Shown here one piece after another: positions 63,365 through 64,000 of a stretch of DNA of 64,000 nt. How positions within the stretch are numbered: position 1 is the stretch's first letter; each line of letters begins with the position of its first letter. The translations under genes were made by a program, and so were the position numbers. The notes below the pieces were generated by a model. The model was not told where the DNA came from, ran no database searches, and saw only the letters and a list, made by a program, of their open reading frames with translations. This DNA comes from Candidatus Krumholzibacteriia bacterium (GTDB lineage: Bacteria > Krumholzibacteriota > Krumholzibacteriia > JAJRXK01), in assembly GCA_041484665.1 (NCBI GenBank), contig JBGPIA010000002.1, positions 96,001-160,000 on the forward strand, in the 5' to 3' direction.

Positions 63365-63403
63365 GCCGCCCGCGCCCACTCGCGCGCAGCCGTTCGTCGC
63401 AGC

Positions 63404-63427
63404 CGGCCCCGGCGTCCGCCGGGGCCG
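63404..63427 (+). terminator. Hairpin (terminator candidate) after rpsA
   Basis: CGGCCCCGGC-GTCC-GCCGGGGCCG; weak U-tract. Confidence 0.5.
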
Positions 63428-63477
63428 CTTGCGTCTGCTGGCGCCGGGGCACGCCGGGGGCACGCGCGGGCCCGCGC

Positions 63478-63506
63478 TTGAGGGGCTTCCGGCGAGCTTC
63501 TATCAT
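63478..63506 (+). promoter_or_regulatory. Sigma70-like promoter of miaB
   Basis: TTGAGG-17 nt-TATCAT. Confidence 0.5.
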
Positions 63507-63655
63507 GTCGTGCGCTGCAGGAGCGCGGATCGCCGCGCCGCGCGCCAGGTGGCCGCGCTCTGCGTGGTGTCGATGCGCGCCAGCGGCGGGGCGCGCGGGC
63601 CGCCGCGAATCCGTCGTGGCAGCCGGCGCACTTCAACAGGAGGGTCCGCAGTCCC

Positions 63656-64000
63656 ATGCCCGAGCGTCACGCCGGCCCCGCCACACCCGCGGTCACCCGC
63701 ACGCTGCCCGCGGCCACGCCCGACGTGACGGCGCGGCGCGCCGTCTACGTCGAGACCTACGGCTGCCAGATGAACGTCTACGACAGCCGGGCGATTCTCG
63801 ACGTGTTGGCCGCGAACGGGTATCGGGAGGCGCAGGGCCCCGAGACCGCTGACCTCGTCCTGCTCAATACCTGCGCCGTCCGCGACCACGCCGAGCAGCG
63901 CGTCCTCAGCCGCCTGGGCGAGCTGGCGCTCCAGCGCCAGCGGCGACCTCAGCTGCTCCTGGGCATCGTCGGCTGCATGGCGCAGCGCCTGGGCAAGGAG
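63656..64000 (+). CDS. miaB: tRNA methylthiotransferase MiaB, 3'-truncated (absent from the ORF track)
   Basis: Manual translation: VYVETYGCQMNVYDS...ADLVLLNTCAVRDHAEQRV...GIVGCMAQ; AGGAGG upstream. Confidence 0.92.
   Translation, partial: MPERHAGPATPAVTRTLPAATPDVTARRAVYVETYGCQMNVYDSRAILDVLAANGYREAQGPETADLVLLNTCAVRDHAEQRVLSRLGELALQRQRRPQLLLGIVGCMAQRLGKE

Overview
Very GC-rich bacterial chromosome segment, almost entirely on the + strand. SecA and outer-membrane features suggest a Gram-negative FCB-superphylum relative such as Eisenbacteria, Krumholzibacteriota or Latescibacterota (inference). 1-14.7 kb holds the distal half of a flagellar cluster (flgE-flbD-fliLMNOPQR-flhBA-flhF-small membrane ORF-fliA), then two small hypotheticals, two tandem HDOD proteins and a CheY-like receiver. 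Next come a sigma54 activator, a PorV-like barrel, a ThiE/TenI-like gene, mltD, a diguanylate cyclase, comEC, purC-purH-guaA, an M6 protease with a T9SS/FlgD-like C-terminal domain, an Slt-like transglycosylase, a TPR plus DnaJ-TPR pair, csp and secA. The remainder is topA-trmFO-xerC-hslVU-argF-lipoprotein-dapF-(peptidase/propeller/Omp85 fusion), rpsT, uvrC-xerD, scpAB-rluB-like, hisC-aroA-(cmk-plsC fusion), rpsA and the start of miaB. No tRNA, rRNA, CRISPR, prophage or IS element was seen. The most notable observations are: three well-spaced sigma54 (-24/-12) sites before fliP, fliA and the TPR/DnaJ pair; a GTPase-degenerate FlhF with no adjacent flhG; FliA with a hydrophobic C-terminal tail; an RluB-family protein with GRLD changed to GLLE (catalytic Asp lost); likely CTG initiation of purH and hslV; and overlapping divergent promoters between rpsT and uvrC. 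All calls come from reading motifs by eye; no database searches were run.
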